DNA of 42,001 nt from Candidatus Thiothrix namsaraevi (lineage in GTDB: Bacteria; Pseudomonadota; Gammaproteobacteria; Thiotrichales; Thiotrichaceae): assembly GCA_040415395.1 (NCBI GenBank), contig JBEUIR010000001.1:1-42001 (forward strand), in the 5' to 3' direction. Under the pieces are notes generated by a model. It was not told where the DNA came from. It made no database searches and worked only from the letters and a program-made list of their open reading frames with translations. Of this stretch, positions 25,433-37,604 are shown one piece after another. How positions within the stretch are numbered: the stretch's first letter is position 1; each line of letters begins with the position of its first letter. Position numbers and translations under genes: made by a program.

Positions 25433-26146
25433 ATGGCTGTATCACTCGAATTTGTTAAGAATTACGTTCAGCAAGGACTCGGCGATAAGCTGTCAGCCAG
25501 CGTTCTGGCGCACGGCGAGTTGACGCTGGAAGTCGCGGCTGAACACTGGCTGGAAGTGGCGCGTTTCCTGCGGCACGATTCCATGTTGGATTTTGCGCAA
25601 CTGACCGATTTGTGTGGGGTCGATTACCTCACCTATGGCGATGCCGAATGGGATGTGACCACAGCCTCGCGCAGCGGTTTTAGCCGCGCTGCACAAGCCA
25701 CTGAGGCGGATCCGTTTGATTTTGATGCGCAAGAAGAAGGCAGTCAGTTCGCGGGTAAACGTTTCGCAGTGGTAATCCACTTGTTATCAGTAAGCCGTAA
25801 CCTGCGTATTCGGGTGCGCACGCGCTGCGATGACAACGATTTTCCGGTAGTGGCATCGTTGGTGGACATCTGGAGTTCGGTGAATTGGTACGAGCGTGAA
25901 GCGTTTGATCTGTTTGGGATTATGTTCAGTGGACACCCGGATTTGCGCCGAATCCTCACCGACTACGGTTTTGTCGGACACCCCTTCCGTAAAGATTTCC
26001 CGCTCATTGGTCAGGTTGAAATGCGTTACGATGCTGAGCAAAAGCGCGTCATTTATGAACCTGTATCCATTGAAGCGCGGGTGTTAGTGCCGCGCACTAT
26101 CCGCGCTGACCAGCGTTTTTCCCCAGCCGTGGAGCGTGATGACTAA
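25433..26146 (+). CDS. nuoC: NADH-quinone oxidoreductase subunit C
   Basis: [44 protein letters not shown]. Confidence 0.97.
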   Translation: MAVSLEFVKNYVQQGLGDKLSASVLAHGELTLEVAAEHWLEVARFLRHDSMLDFAQLTDLCGVDYLTYGDAEWDVTTASRSGFSRAAQATEADPFDFDAQEEGSQFAGKRFAVVIHLLSVSRNLRIRVRTRCDDNDFPVVASLVDIWSSVNWYEREAFDLFGIMFSGHPDLRRILTDYGFVGHPFRKDFPLIGQVEMRYDAEQKRVIYEPVSIEARVLVPRTIRADQRFSPAVERDD

Positions 26147-27399
26147 TGCCTGAAATCCGCAATTTTACGCTGAACTTTGGCCCAGCTCACCCCGCCGCGC
26201 ACGGTGTGTTGCGTCTGGTGCTGGAAATGGATGGTGAAACCATCGTGCGTGCTGACCCGCACATTGGCTTGCTGCACCGTGGCACTGAAAAGTTGGCAGA
26301 AAGCAAACCGTATAACCAAAACATCGGTTACATGGATCGCCTCGATTACGTATCAATGATGTGCAATGAACACGGTTACGTGCTGGCGATTGAAAAGCTG
26401 TTGGGGATTACCCCGCCAGAACGTGCGCTCTACATTCGCACCATGTTTGACGAAGTTACCCGTATTCTCAACCACTTGCTGTGGATTGGCGCACACGCGC
26501 TGGACGTGGGGGCAATGACCATGTTCCTGTACGCTTTCCGCGAACGTGAAGATTTGATGGATGCGTATGAAGCGGTATCCGGCGCACGCTTGCACGCGAC
26601 TTACTACCGTCCGGGTGGGGTTTACCGCGATTTGCCGGATTCCATGCCGCAATTTTTGCCAAACCGTTTCCGCACTGAAGCCGAAGCTAAGCGTTTGAAT
26701 GCCAATCGTGGTGGCTCGTTGCTGGATTTCTTGGAAGATTTCACCAACCGTTTCCCCGGTTATGTGGATGAATACGAAACCCTGCTGACCGATAACCGCA
26801 TCTGGAAACAGCGTCTGGTCGGGATCGGCGTGGTGTCACCGGAGCGTGCGCTGCAACTGGGTTTCAGTGGGCCGATGCTACGCGGTTCGGGCGTGGAATG
26901 GGATTTACGCAAGAAGCAACCCTATGCCGCCTATGACAAGATGGATTTCGATATTCCGGTGGGAACGCATGGCGACAGTTATGACCGTTACTTGGTGCGG
27001 GTCGAAGAAATGCGCCAGTCCAACCGCATTATCAAGCAATGCATTGACTGGCTGCGCGTGAATCCCGGTGAAGTGATGCTGGAAGACAGCAAAGTTGCCC
27101 CGCCGAAACGCGCTGAGATGAAGCAAGACATGGAAGCGTTGATTCAGCACTTCAAGCTGATGACCGAGGGATATTGTTTGCCGGAAGGCGAAGCGTATGC
27201 GGCGGTGGAACATCCGAAGGGTGAATTTGGTTGCTACATTGTGTCGGACGGCGCGAATAAGCCGTATCGCTTAAAAGTACGTGCGCCAGGGTTTGCGCAT
27301 TTATCGGCTCTGGATGAAATGACCAAAGGCCACATGCTGGCTGACGTGGTGGCGATTATCGGCACCCAAGATATTGTTTTCGGGGAGGTTGACCGTTGA
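26146..27399 (+). CDS. nuoD: NADH-quinone oxidoreductase subunit D
   Basis: [36 protein letters not shown]. Confidence 0.98.
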   Translation: MPEIRNFTLNFGPAHPAAHGVLRLVLEMDGETIVRADPHIGLLHRGTEKLAESKPYNQNIGYMDRLDYVSMMCNEHGYVLAIEKLLGITPPERALYIRTMFDEVTRILNHLLWIGAHALDVGAMTMFLYAFREREDLMDAYEAVSGARLHATYYRPGGVYRDLPDSMPQFLPNRFRTEAEAKRLNANRGGSLLDFLEDFTNRFPGYVDEYETLLTDNRIWKQRLVGIGVVSPERALQLGFSGPMLRGSGVEWDLRKKQPYAAYDKMDFDIPVGTHGDSYDRYLVRVEEMRQSNRIIKQCIDWLRVNPGEVMLEDSKVAPPKRAEMKQDMEALIQHFKLMTEGYCLPEGEAYAAVEHPKGEFGCYIVSDGANKPYRLKVRAPGFAHLSALDEMTKGHMLADVVAIIGTQDIVFGEVDR

Positions 27400-27920
27400 T
27401 GACTGAACATCCTATCACGATGCTCAAGCGCAAAAGCGCCTTGCTCAGCCATCACGAGCGTGAAGACATTGATAGCTGGTTGGCACGCTATCCGGCGGAT
27501 AAAAAGCAATCGGCACTGCTGGCGGCGTTACGTGCGGTGATGCACGAGGACCATTATTTATCCCGCGAAAAAATGGATGCGGTGGCTGATTATCTCGGCT
27601 TGCCCGAAATTGCCGTTTACGAAGTGGCTAGTTTCTACTCCATGTATGAACTGGATAAGAAGGCAGCGGCAAAATACAGCATTTCGGTTTGTACCAATGT
27701 CTCCTGCATGTTGTGCGGTTCTGATGTGATTCTCGATCATGTTGAGAGAAAGCTGGGCATTAAGCTGGGCGAATCCACACCAGATGGCAAATTCTTCCTC
27801 AAAGTCGAGGAAGAGTGCCTCGCCGCGTGTAGCAGTGCGCCAATGATGCAGGTCAACCACGTATACCACACCCATCTCACCCCTGAAAAAGTGGATGAGA
27901 TTTTGGACGGACTGGAGTAA
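27399..27920 (+). CDS. nuoE: NADH-quinone oxidoreductase subunit E
   Basis: EVASFYSMY; 2Fe-2S ligands VCTNVSC and ECLAAC..APM. Confidence 0.95.
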   Translation: MTEHPITMLKRKSALLSHHEREDIDSWLARYPADKKQSALLAALRAVMHEDHYLSREKMDAVADYLGLPEIAVYEVASFYSMYELDKKAAAKYSISVCTNVSCMLCGSDVILDHVERKLGIKLGESTPDGKFFLKVEEECLAACSSAPMMQVNHVYHTHLTPEKVDEILDGLE

Positions 27921-27924
27921 GCAC

Positions 27925-29205
27925 ATGGCAAATCAAGTCTGTTTCATTACGACCCAATTTGGCGACCAAGCCAATACCTTGGAAAGCTACCTCAAAGTGG
28001 GCGGCTATCAGGCATGGCGTAAAATTCTGGCTGAAAAAACACCTGCTGAAGAAATTATTGATACGATCAAAGACTCCGGTCTACGCGGGCGCGGCGGTGC
28101 GGGTTTCCCCACCGGCATGAAGTGGAGCTTTATGCCGCGCACTATGCCGGGGCAAAAATACATCGTGTGCAACTCGGATGAATCCGAACCGGGGACGTGC
28201 AAAGACCGCGACATCCTGCGTTTTAACCCGCACGCGCTGGTCGAAGGCATGGCGATTGCGGGTTACAGCATTGGCGCGACAGTGGGTTACAACTACATGC
28301 GCGGCGAGTTTATGGATGAACCGTTCATCCATTTCGAGCAAGCGGTGAAAGAAGCCTACGAACTCGGTTTGCTGGGTAAAAATATTCAAGGCAGTGGCGT
28401 TGATTTTGATCTGTACGGCACGCTCGGTGCGGGTGCGTATGTGTGCGGCGAAGAAACTGCCTTGCTGGAATCGCTGGAAGGCAAAAAAGGTCAGCCGCGT
28501 TTCAAGCCGCCATTCCCCGCGAGTTTCGGTTTGTACGGTCGCCCGACGACGATTAATAACACTGAAACGCTGTCCTCCATCCCGGTGATCATGCGTAATG
28601 GTGGCAAGTGGTTTGCCGATTTAGGCGTGAAAAATGCTGGTGGGGAAAAGCTGTTTTCGGTGTCTGGGCATTTGAATAATCCCGGTAACTTTGAAATTCC
28701 ACTGGGAACACCGTTTCCTGAACTGTTGGCAATGGCAGGCGGGGTGCGCAACGGACGCAAGTTGAAAGCGGTGATTCCGGGCGGCTCGTCCGTTCCGGTG
28801 TTACCGGGTGATGTCATGATGGGCTTGACGATGGACTACGACACCATTGCCAAAGCCGGTTCGTACCTCGGTTCGGGCGCGGTCATTGTGATGGACGACA
28901 CCACCGATATGGTCAAAGTGTTACAACGTATTTCCCGCTTTTACTTCTCCGAATCCTGCGGGCAATGCACGCCTTGCCGTGAAGGCACTGGCTGGTTGTA
29001 CCGGATGTTGACCCGCATTGTGGAAGGCAAGGGCAAGATGGAAGACGTTACGCGGCTCGAAGAAATTTCCCACAATATCGAAGGCCGTTCCATTTGTGCC
29101 TTGGGTGAAGCGGCGGCGATGCCAGTGTGGAGTTTCGTCAAGCATTTCCGTGAGGAATTTGAATACTACGTCAAGCACGGTCGTAGCATGGTGGGACAGG
29201 GGTAA
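27925..29205 (+). CDS. nuoF: NADH-quinone oxidoreductase subunit F
   Basis: [48 protein letters not shown]. Confidence 0.98.
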   Translation: MANQVCFITTQFGDQANTLESYLKVGGYQAWRKILAEKTPAEEIIDTIKDSGLRGRGGAGFPTGMKWSFMPRTMPGQKYIVCNSDESEPGTCKDRDILRFNPHALVEGMAIAGYSIGATVGYNYMRGEFMDEPFIHFEQAVKEAYELGLLGKNIQGSGVDFDLYGTLGAGAYVCGEETALLESLEGKKGQPRFKPPFPASFGLYGRPTTINNTETLSSIPVIMRNGGKWFADLGVKNAGGEKLFSVSGHLNNPGNFEIPLGTPFPELLAMAGGVRNGRKLKAVIPGGSSVPVLPGDVMMGLTMDYDTIAKAGSYLGSGAVIVMDDTTDMVKVLQRISRFYFSESCGQCTPCREGTGWLYRMLTRIVEGKGKMEDVTRLEEISHNIEGRSICALGEAAAMPVWSFVKHFREEFEYYVKHGRSMVGQG

Positions 29206-29208
29206 CAC

Positions 29209-31512
29209 ATGGCAGAAGAATTCGTCACCATCGAAATTAACGACCAGCCAGTTCAGGCTCGCAAAGGTGCGATGCTGATTGAAGTGGCTGATGATAATGG
29301 AATTTCCATTCCACGTTTTTGCTACCACAAAAAGCTTTCCATTGCCGCCAACTGCCGTATGTGCTTGGTGGAAATGGAAAAGTCGTGGAAACCGGTTCCC
29401 GCTTGCGCCACGCCCGTGAATGCAGGCATGAAATTCTGGACGCGCTCTGACAAAGCCAAGAACGCGCAGAAAGGCATTATGGAGTTCTTGCTGATTAATC
29501 ATCCGCTGGATTGCCCGATTTGCGACCAAGGTGGCGAATGCGAATTGCAGGATGTCTCAGTCGGTTACGGTAGCAATAAATCGCAATACGCTGAAATCAA
29601 GCGCGTGGTGCAAGACAAAGACATTGGCCCGTTGATCGAAACCGAAATGACCCGCTGCATTCAATGCACCCGCTGTGTGCGTTTCGGTGATGAAATCGCC
29701 GGAATGCGTGAAATGGGCGGGGTAGGGCGTGGTGATCGGCTCGAAATCGGCACGTATATTGAGAAATCGCTTAAATCCGAACTCTCCGGCAATGTGATTG
29801 ACCTCTGCCCTGTGGGTGCGCTGACCGCGAAACCGTCACGCTACAAAGCACGGGCGTGGGAAATGGTGGCGCATGATGCGATTGCCCCGCACGATTCGGT
29901 TGGTTCACACCTTCAGGTGCACACCTTCCGCAAAGAAGTGGTGCGGGCAGTGCCACGTGAAAATGACGCGATAAACGAATGCTGGATTTCTGACCGTGAC
30001 CGTTTCAGCTATCAAGGCATTGCCAGTGCTGACCGGATTACCAAGCCAATGCTCAAGCGTGATGGGCATTGGTATGAAGTGAGTTGGCAACAGGCGTTAG
30101 ATGCGACCGCAGAAATTTTGCGGGCGGCTGACCCAGCGCGTACCGGTGCATTGGCAAGCGCGACTTCCACTGTGGAAGAACTGTATTTGTTCCAGCGTTT
30201 AATGCGCGGTCTGAACATTCGCAATATTGACCACCGTGTACGCCAGGCTGATTTCAGCGACCAAAGTGCTGCACCGCTTTGCCCATCATTGGGAATGCCC
30301 ATCGCGCAGTTGGAACAGCAAAATGCGGTATTGTTGATTGGTTCTAATGTGCGCCAAGAACAGCCATTGTTGAATCACCGCATCCGTAAAGCCGCATTGA
30401 AAGGCGCGGCGGTGATGGCGTTGAATCCGCGTGCCTTCGATTTTAACTTTGATGTAGCCCAGCAAGCGGTTGCTCCGGCAGATATGCTGCAAGCTTTACA
30501 AGCGATGGCGAATGACCCTGATAATGCGGTGATGGCAACGCTAAAACAGGCAGAACACGCGACGGTATTGCTGGGCAATGTCGCCGTTCAGCATCCCGAT
30601 TTTGCGGCGTTACGCGGCTTGGCTTTCACGATTGCTGAACAAACGGGCGCAACCTTTGGCTATTTGGCGGAAAGTGCTAATAGCGTGGGTGCGTGGGTAG
30701 CAGGTGTGGTGCCGCACCGTTTATCGGCGGGACGCGAACTCAAACAAGCGGGTGTGCCGGTTGGTGAGTTCCTCAGTGAAAATACCCGCACGTTTGTCTT
30801 GCTGAATACCGAGTTGGCAGATTTCGCGAATCCGCAACAAGCAATGAAAGTGCTGAGTGCGGCGGAAAACGTGATTGTGATTGCGCCGTTTGCGGATGAT
30901 ACCACGCGCAAATACGCGACAGTATTATTGCCCGGTTCGACGTTTGCCGAAACTTCCGGCACGTTCATTAATGCAGCGGGGCAGTGGCAAAGTTTTAAGG
31001 GCGCGACTGTGCCGCCGGGCGAGGCGCGACCTACTTGGAAAGTGCTGCGGGTGTTGGGTAATACGGCGGGTGTGCCTGAATTTGATTGGGTTGCCACCGA
31101 AGAAATAGTTGCCGAGTTGCACCTCGAACTCGACGGTGTAGAGGTTTGTAACAACCGTTATGCTGGCACTGTGGGTAGAGACGCAAAATCTTGCGTCTCT
31201 ACGGCGGATGGGGCGTTTCAGCGTATCGGCGACGTGGAAATGTACCGTGTTGACCCGCTAGTACGCCGTGCGAAAGCCTTGCAAGCAATGATTCCTCCGG
31301 CAGCGGTGCAGTTGAATCCGCAAGATGCGGCGAATATGGGTGTCGCGGCTGGCGATACGCTTAAAGTCTCGCAGGGGGCGGTGACGATCACGTTGCCAGC
31401 ACAACTGGACACGGGTATTCCAGCAGGTTGCGCCGGGTTGCAGTCGGGCATTGCAGTATCCAACGTGTTGGGCGCGGCTTTCGGTGCGCTTCAAATAGCA
31501 AAGGCAGGTTAG
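29209..31512 (+). CDS. nuoG: NADH-quinone oxidoreductase subunit G
   Basis: [53 protein letters not shown]. Confidence 0.97.
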   Translation: MAEEFVTIEINDQPVQARKGAMLIEVADDNGISIPRFCYHKKLSIAANCRMCLVEMEKSWKPVPACATPVNAGMKFWTRSDKAKNAQKGIMEFLLINHPLDCPICDQGGECELQDVSVGYGSNKSQYAEIKRVVQDKDIGPLIETEMTRCIQCTRCVRFGDEIAGMREMGGVGRGDRLEIGTYIEKSLKSELSGNVIDLCPVGALTAKPSRYKARAWEMVAHDAIAPHDSVGSHLQVHTFRKEVVRAVPRENDAINECWISDRDRFSYQGIASADRITKPMLKRDGHWYEVSWQQALDATAEILRAADPARTGALASATSTVEELYLFQRLMRGLNIRNIDHRVRQADFSDQSAAPLCPSLGMPIAQLEQQNAVLLIGSNVRQEQPLLNHRIRKAALKGAAVMALNPRAFDFNFDVAQQAVAPADMLQALQAMANDPDNAVMATLKQAEHATVLLGNVAVQHPDFAALRGLAFTIAEQTGATFGYLAESANSVGAWVAGVVPHRLSAGRELKQAGVPVGEFLSENTRTFVLLNTELADFANPQQAMKVLSAAENVIVIAPFADDTTRKYATVLLPGSTFAETSGTFINAAGQWQSFKGATVPPGEARPTWKVLRVLGNTAGVPEFDWVATEEIVAELHLELDGVEVCNNRYAGTVGRDAKSCVSTADGAFQRIGDVEMYRVDPLVRRAKALQAMIPPAAVQLNPQDAANMGVAAGDTLKVSQGAVTITLPAQLDTGIPAGCAGLQSGIAVSNVLGAAFGALQIAKAG
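31175..31202. repeat. GTAG-type REP palindrome inside nuoG
   Basis: GTAGAGACGCAA-AATC-TTGCGTCTCTAC, a perfect 12-bp inverted repeat of 28 bp total. Confidence 0.8.
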
Positions 31513-31516
31513 GGGA

Positions 31517-32587
31517 ATGATGGAAATACTCGCAAATTTCTTCGGTGCCTTCCTCCCTGAGTGGATGGTGACGCTGCTAATCATTCTGATCAAAGTCATG
31601 GCCATTGTGCTGCCACTGATTTTGTTGGTGGCTTACGCGACTTACGCAGAACGTAAAATCATCGGTTTTATGCAGGTGCGCGTGGGGCCGAACCGGGTTG
31701 GGTTCAAAGGCTTGTTGCAGCCGTTTGCGGATATGTTCAAGCTGATTTTTAAGGAAATTGTGATTCCTGCGAAATCCAACCGCTTCCTGTTTTTGATTGC
31801 ACCCTTGTTGGCAATGGGGCCTGCGTTTGCGGCTTGGGCAGTGATTCCGTTCAGTGACGGCATGGTGTTGGCGGATGTGAATGCGGGGCTGTTGTTCCTG
31901 TTGGCACTGACTTCCTTGGGAATTTACGGGGTCATTATTGCGGGTTGGGCATCGAATTCTAAGTATGCGCAATTGAGCGCAATGCGTCTTGGGGCGCAAA
32001 TGGTGTCGTATGAAATTGCAATGGGGTTTGCGCTGGTCGGGGTGCTGATGGCAGCCGGTAGCTTGAATCTGGGCGATATTGTGCGGGCGCAATCCGGTAG
32101 CATTTTTAGCTGGTTTGTGTGGCCTTTGTTTGGCTTGTTCGTGGTGTATTTTATTTCGGGTGTGGCAGAAACCAACCGTGCGCCGTTCGACGTGGCGGAA
32201 GGCGAGTCCGAGATCGTGGCGGGTTTCCATGTGGAATATTCTGGCATGGCGTTCTCGATTTTCTTCCTCGCGGAATACGCCAATATGTGGCTGATTGCCG
32301 CACTGACTTCATTGCTGTTCTTGGGGGGCTGGTTGTCGCCGTTCCAAGGGTTGACCTTTTTGACGGATACGCCGGTGATTGGGCTGTTTTTTGGGGATGG
32401 TATCCACTGGTTATTGCTGAAGGCATCGTTCTTCATGCTGCTGTTCTTTTGGTTTCGCGCCACGTTCCCGCGTTACCGTTATGACCAAATCATGCGCTTG
32501 GGGTGGAAGATTCTGATCCCCGTGACCTTGGTGTGGATTTTTGCGGAAGGGCTGGCGATTGCGCTGGGCTGGAAACCGTGGCTGTAA
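31517..32587 (+). CDS. nuoH: NADH-quinone oxidoreductase subunit H
   Basis: [52 protein letters not shown]. Confidence 0.98.
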   Translation: MMEILANFFGAFLPEWMVTLLIILIKVMAIVLPLILLVAYATYAERKIIGFMQVRVGPNRVGFKGLLQPFADMFKLIFKEIVIPAKSNRFLFLIAPLLAMGPAFAAWAVIPFSDGMVLADVNAGLLFLLALTSLGIYGVIIAGWASNSKYAQLSAMRLGAQMVSYEIAMGFALVGVLMAAGSLNLGDIVRAQSGSIFSWFVWPLFGLFVVYFISGVAETNRAPFDVAEGESEIVAGFHVEYSGMAFSIFFLAEYANMWLIAALTSLLFLGGWLSPFQGLTFLTDTPVIGLFFGDGIHWLLLKASFFMLLFFWFRATFPRYRYDQIMRLGWKILIPVTLVWIFAEGLAIALGWKPWL

Positions 32588-32597
32588 GGAGACTGAT

Positions 32598-33089
32598 ATG
32601 AGTTTCAACTGGAAACATTATTTCAAGACGTTCAGCCTGAAAGAACTGATGCAGGGCATGGGCGTGACGGGGAAGTATTTCTTCGAGCGTAAGATCACGA
32701 TTCAGTACCCGGAAGAAAAAACGCCGATTTCCAACCGTTTTCGCGGGCATCACGCCTTGCGGCGTTACCCGAACGGTGAGGAACGTTGCATTGCCTGCAA
32801 ATTGTGCGAAGCGGTTTGCCCGGCACTGGCAATCACGATTGATTTGGAAGAACGCCCGGATGGTACACGCCGTACCACGCGCTATGACATAGATATGTTT
32901 AAGTGCATTTACTGCGGTTTCTGTGAGGAAGCCTGCCCGGTGGATGCGATTGTGGAGACCAATATTTTCGAGTATCACTTTGAAAATCGTGGTGAAAATA
33001 TTCAAACCAAAGAGAAATTGCTGGCAATCGGTGACAAGCACGAAGCTGAGATTGCCAAGATGAAAGCCGCTGATGCGCCGTACCGTTAA
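32598..33089 (+). CDS. nuoI: NADH-quinone oxidoreductase subunit I
   Basis: [32 protein letters not shown]. Confidence 0.97.
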   Translation: MSFNWKHYFKTFSLKELMQGMGVTGKYFFERKITIQYPEEKTPISNRFRGHHALRRYPNGEERCIACKLCEAVCPALAITIDLEERPDGTRRTTRYDIDMFKCIYCGFCEEACPVDAIVETNIFEYHFENRGENIQTKEKLLAIGDKHEAEIAKMKAADAPYR

Positions 33090-33098
33090 GGGGATGAC

Positions 33099-33698
33099 AT
33101 GACATTTGAGCAGATTATCTTTTACCTGTTTTCCGCTGTATTACTGGCAGCGGCAGTGGGGATGGTGACGGTACGCAACCCGGTGTATGCGGCGTTGTGC
33201 CTGATTTTGAGCTTTTTCACCAGTGCCGCGTTGTGGTTGCTGTTGGAAGCGGAATTCCTTGGCTTGGTGCTGGTATTGGTGTACGTCGGGGCGGTAATGG
33301 TGCTGTTCCTGTTCGTGATTATGATGCTGGACTTGAACACCGACCCGGTGAAAGAGGGACTGGTGAAATACGCGCCTGCTGGATTTTTAGTGGCGGCAGT
33401 GATTGCGGTGGAAATGATTATGGTGCTGCAAAGTGCGCCGTTTCAGATTGCGACACCGCTGAACCCGCCTCCGGCGAATAATACCGAAGCCTTGGGTTTA
33501 ATTTTATACACTGATTATGTCTATCCGTTTGAAATTGCAGCGGTAATTTTGTTGGTGGCAATTGTTGCGGCGATTACTTTGACGCTGCGCCGCCGCCCGG
33601 ATTCGCGTAAACAAGACATTAGCCAACAGGTGCAGGTGAAGCGGGCAGACCGTGTACGTCTGGTGAAGATGAAATCCGAAACCAAGGAGCAAGCATGA
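33099..33698 (+). CDS. nuoJ: NADH-quinone oxidoreductase subunit J
   Basis: RNPV...[28 protein letters not shown]. Confidence 0.96.
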   Translation: MTFEQIIFYLFSAVLLAAAVGMVTVRNPVYAALCLILSFFTSAALWLLLEAEFLGLVLVLVYVGAVMVLFLFVIMMLDLNTDPVKEGLVKYAPAGFLVAAVIAVEMIMVLQSAPFQIATPLNPPPANNTEALGLILYTDYVYPFEIAAVILLVAIVAAITLTLRRRPDSRKQDISQQVQVKRADRVRLVKMKSETKEQA

Positions 33699-34000
33699 TC
33701 CCTTTGTCGCATTTCCTGATTGTGGCGGCGTTGCTGTTTGCTATCAGCATCGCAGGCATGATTATCAACCGTAAGAACGTGCTGATCTTGTTGATGTGTA
33801 TCGAGATGATGTTGTTGGCGGTGAACCTGAATTTTATCGCGTTTTCCCATTATTTGGGGGATATGGCAGGGCAGGTATTCGTGTTCTTTATCCTCACGGT
33901 GGCGGCGGCGGAAGCGGCGATTGGCTTGGCGATTTTGGTGGTTTTGTTCCGTAACCGGCGCACGATCAATGTTGAACAACTTGATGCGATGAAGGGGTAA
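33695..34000 (+). CDS. nuoK: NADH-quinone oxidoreductase subunit K
   Basis: NR.N....[29 protein letters not shown]. Confidence 0.97.
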   Translation: MIPLSHFLIVAALLFAISIAGMIINRKNVLILLMCIEMMLLAVNLNFIAFSHYLGDMAGQVFVFFILTVAAAEAAIGLAILVVLFRNRRTINVEQLDAMKG

Positions 34001-34003
34001 GCG

Positions 34004-36031
34004 ATGGAAGCGATTTATCTGGCTATTCCGCTTGCACCGTTGTTCGGGGCGATTGTTGCGGGGCTGTTTGGGAAAAAGATTGGGCGTGCAGGGGCGCATT
34101 GGGTCACGATTTTGGGCGTGGCGGTGGCGTTTTTGCTGTCGGTTTACGTTGCCTATGATGTGATGAGCAATGGCAATACGTATAACGGTACGGTGTATAC
34201 GTGGGCAGTGATTGCAGATATTCGTTTTGAAATCGGTTTCATGCTGGATAACCTCAGTACCATGATGATGCTGGTGGTCACGTTTGTGTCGTTGATGGTG
34301 CATATTTATACGATTGGCTATATGCACGATGACCCCGGTTATCAGCGTTTCTTCAGTTATATCTCCTTGTTTACCTTTTCGATGCTGATGTTGGTCATGA
34401 GCAACAACTTTTTGCAGTTGTTCTTCGGCTGGGAAGCAGTCGGCTTGGTGTCGTATTTGTTGATTGGTTTCTGGTATAAAAAAGACACCGCGATTTACGC
34501 GAATATGAAGGCGTTTTTGGTGAATCGGGTGGGGGATTTTGGGTTTTTGCTGGGGATTGCTGTGGTGTTGGCGCACTTCGGCACGTTAAATTATGTGGAA
34601 GTCTTCGCGGGCGTACCCAGTTTGGTGGGAGCGGAGATAGCGATTGTTGGGGATACTAAGTGGAGTGTGCTGACACTCGCTGCTATTTTATTATTCATCG
34701 GGGCAATGGGTAAATCGGCGCAAGTACCTTTGCATGTGTGGCTGCCCGATTCGATGGAAGGTCCTACACCTATTTCAGCATTGATTCATGCGGCAACGAT
34801 GGTAACAGCAGGTATTTTCATGGTGGCACGGATGTCACCAATTTTTGAAGTGTCGGATACTGCGCTGAATCTCATTCTGATTATTGGCGCAACCACTGCG
34901 TTCTTTATGGGGCTGATTGGGATTGTGCAGAATGACATTAAGCGGGTGGTGGCGTATTCCACCTTGTCGCAGCTTGGTTATATGACGGTCGCTTTGGGGG
35001 CGTCGGCCTACTCAGCGGCAGTATTCCATTTGATGACCCATGCCTTCTTTAAGGCATTGTTATTCTTAGCGGCTGGTTCGGTGATTATGGCGATGCACCA
35101 TCAGCAGGATATTCGCAAAATGGGTGGTCTGAAAAAGTATATGCCGATCACGTATTGGACGGCTTTAATTGGCTCCTTGGCATTAATTGGCTTCCCCGGT
35201 TTCTCTGGTTTCTTTTCTAAAGACTTAATCATTGAAGCGGTACATGAATCGAATCTGTGGGCGGCTGGTTACGCTTATACGCTGGTATTGTTGGGTGTGT
35301 TTGTCACGGCTTTTTACAGTTTCCGTATGTTTTTCCTAGTGTTCCACGGTAAAGAGCGTTTTGACACGCATGATCATGGACACGGTCATGATGATCACGG
35401 ACATCATGGGCACGGTGGTAAGCCGCATGAGTCACCTTGGGTGGTGACGATTCCTTTGATTGCCTTGGCGATTCCGTCAGTATTTGCCGGGTATTTGCTA
35501 GACCCAATGGTAGTAGGCGCATTTTTTAAGGATGCAATATTTGTTAATGATGCTGCACATGGGTTTGATCCGGGTTTTAAAGGCTTGCAGTCAGCGCATT
35601 TGGCGATTGAGCATATCAGTGCTGCGTATCATGGGGTGATCGGTTTCATTGTACATGGTTTGATGATGCCGCCTTTCTGGTTGGCAATGGCAGGTTTGGC
35701 TGCCGCTTGGTTTATTTACCTGAAAGATGATTCACTGGCACGCTGGGCTTATGACAAGTTCCGTTGGCTGCATACCTTGTTGGATCGTAAATATTATTTG
35801 GATGATTTTAATCAGAGTGTGTTTGCGAAAGGCTCTATCAGTCTGGGGAACGGGCTGTGGGCTTTCGGCGAGCGTGTGATGATTGATGGTTTTGTGGTGA
35901 ATGGCGCAGCAAAAGCAGTCGGATGGCTTTCGGGTTTGATGCGTCATCTTCAGACCGGGTATTTGTATCACTACGCCTTTTCGATGGTGGCAGGCATTCT
36001 GTTGATGCTTACTTGGTTTTTGTTTTTCTAA
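34004..36031 (+). CDS. nuoL: NADH-quinone oxidoreductase subunit L
   Basis: GWE.VGL.SYLLIGFW, NRVGD, GKSAQ.PLHVWLPD.MEGPTP.SALIHAATMV, HAFFKALLFL. Confidence 0.98.
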   Translation: MEAIYLAIPLAPLFGAIVAGLFGKKIGRAGAHWVTILGVAVAFLLSVYVAYDVMSNGNTYNGTVYTWAVIADIRFEIGFMLDNLSTMMMLVVTFVSLMVHIYTIGYMHDDPGYQRFFSYISLFTFSMLMLVMSNNFLQLFFGWEAVGLVSYLLIGFWYKKDTAIYANMKAFLVNRVGDFGFLLGIAVVLAHFGTLNYVEVFAGVPSLVGAEIAIVGDTKWSVLTLAAILLFIGAMGKSAQVPLHVWLPDSMEGPTPISALIHAATMVTAGIFMVARMSPIFEVSDTALNLILIIGATTAFFMGLIGIVQNDIKRVVAYSTLSQLGYMTVALGASAYSAAVFHLMTHAFFKALLFLAAGSVIMAMHHQQDIRKMGGLKKYMPITYWTALIGSLALIGFPGFSGFFSKDLIIEAVHESNLWAAGYAYTLVLLGVFVTAFYSFRMFFLVFHGKERFDTHDHGHGHDDHGHHGHGGKPHESPWVVTIPLIALAIPSVFAGYLLDPMVVGAFFKDAIFVNDAAHGFDPGFKGLQSAHLAIEHISAAYHGVIGFIVHGLMMPPFWLAMAGLAAAWFIYLKDDSLARWAYDKFRWLHTLLDRKYYLDDFNQSVFAKGSISLGNGLWAFGERVMIDGFVVNGAAKAVGWLSGLMRHLQTGYLYHYAFSMVAGILLMLTWFLFF

Positions 36032-36063
36032 TCCCGTTCTGTTGGCTTTAACTGGAATTGCAC

Positions 36064-37602
36064 ATGCTTGATTTGCCAATACTGAGTTTGTTGATCTGGT
36101 TGCCGATTATCGGTGGCTTGGGTGTATTAATTGTGGGCGATCGTTCTGGCGCTAAACAGTTTGCACTGGGAATTGCGTTACTGACGTTTGTGATCAGCTT
36201 GCCCTTGTATACACACTTTACCCCCGGTACTGCTGAGATGCAGTTTGTGGAGCTTATCCCTTGGGTTGAGGCGTTTAACATTAATTACCATCTGGGGGTG
36301 GATGGCATTTCCATGCCATTGATTCTGCTGAATACCTTTATTACGGTGATGGTGGTGGTTGCGGGCTGGGAAGTGATTACGTATCGAATTTCCCAATACA
36401 TGGCAGCTTTTTTGATTATGGCGGGGATTGTCAATGGGGTATTTGCGGCGCTGGATGCGATGCTGTTCTATATCCTGTTTGAGGCAATGCTGATTCCGCT
36501 GTTCCTGATCATTGGGATTTGGGGTGGTGCACGTCGGGTGTACGCCACGATTAAGTTTTTCTTGTATACCTTTTTGGGTTCAGTATTTTTGCTGATTAGT
36601 TTGATCTACCTGTATCAATTGGGCGGCAGTTTCGCGGTGGCGGATTTGCATAAATTGCCGATTGATATTGTGCCGCAAACTTTAATTTTCTTGTCATTCC
36701 TATTGGCTTTCGGGGTGAAAGTGCCAATGTGGCCGGTACATACTTGGTTGCCGGATGCGCACGTGGAAGCACCAACAGGTGGTTCAGTAATTTTGGCAGC
36801 GATTACGCTGAAAGTAGGTGGTTATGCTTTCTTGCGGTTTGCCTTGCCAATCGTGCCTGATGCGGCAGCACAATTGGATTGGCTGGTGATTTTCATGTCA
36901 CTGACAGCCGTGGTGTACGTCGGCTTTGTGGCGTTGGTGCAACAGGACATGAAAAAGCTGGTGGCTTACTCGTCTATCGCGCACATGGGGTTTGTGACGT
37001 TAGGCTTTTTCGTGATTTATGGCATTGCCGAGAGCCAGAATGTTGAAGGTGCGATGAGTAGCGCGATCTTGGCGATCCAGGGCGGTATGGTGCAAATGGT
37101 TTCGCACGGTTTTATTTCCGGCGCGATGTTCTTGTGTATCGGGGTTTTGTATGACCGGATGCATACCCGTGACATCAATGCCTACGGTGGGGTTGCTAAT
37201 CAAATGCCGACGTTCGCGGCTTTCTATGTGCTGTTTGCGATGGCGAATACCGGCTTGCCGGGTACGTCGGGGTTTGTGGGTGAATTCATGGTGATTTTGG
37301 CAAGTTTCCGCGCGAATCCGTGGATTGCGTTTGCGGCAGCAACGACCTTGATTGTGGGGGCTGCTTATACGCTGTGGCTGGTCAAACGGGTAATGTTTGG
37401 TGAAGTGAAAAACGCGGAAGTGGCTGCTTTGCAGGATATTGGGCGACGTGAGTTTTGGATGTTGGCAGTATTGGCGGGTGCGGTATTGTTACTGGGCTTA
37501 TGGCCTCAACCTTTGACGGATGTGATGGAAGTGTCAATTGAAAATCTGTTGTCTCAGGCGTTGCAGAGTAAGTTGTGCGCTGGGCTTGCGGGGGGGTGCT
37601 AA
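36064..37602 (+). CDS. nuoM: NADH-quinone oxidoreductase subunit M
   Basis: LGVDG.S, KFFLYT, VKVP.WP.HTWLPDAHVEAPT.GS..LA, AYSS.AHMG, GLPG.SGF.GE. Confidence 0.97.
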   Translation: MLDLPILSLLIWLPIIGGLGVLIVGDRSGAKQFALGIALLTFVISLPLYTHFTPGTAEMQFVELIPWVEAFNINYHLGVDGISMPLILLNTFITVMVVVAGWEVITYRISQYMAAFLIMAGIVNGVFAALDAMLFYILFEAMLIPLFLIIGIWGGARRVYATIKFFLYTFLGSVFLLISLIYLYQLGGSFAVADLHKLPIDIVPQTLIFLSFLLAFGVKVPMWPVHTWLPDAHVEAPTGGSVILAAITLKVGGYAFLRFALPIVPDAAAQLDWLVIFMSLTAVVYVGFVALVQQDMKKLVAYSSIAHMGFVTLGFFVIYGIAESQNVEGAMSSAILAIQGGMVQMVSHGFISGAMFLCIGVLYDRMHTRDINAYGGVANQMPTFAAFYVLFAMANTGLPGTSGFVGEFMVILASFRANPWIAFAAATTLIVGAAYTLWLVKRVMFGEVKNAEVAALQDIGRREFWMLAVLAGAVLLLGLWPQPLTDVMEVSIENLLSQALQSKLCAGLAGGC

Positions 37603-37604
37603 TC

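Noticed and set aside
29860-30010. NuoG lacking the N7 cluster cysteines; separate nuoC and nuoD
   Set aside because: This is normal for this clade of 14-subunit complex I.
35362-35430. His-rich loop in NuoL (HDHGHGHDDHGHHGHG)
   Set aside because: This is a common feature of proteobacterial NuoL at this position.
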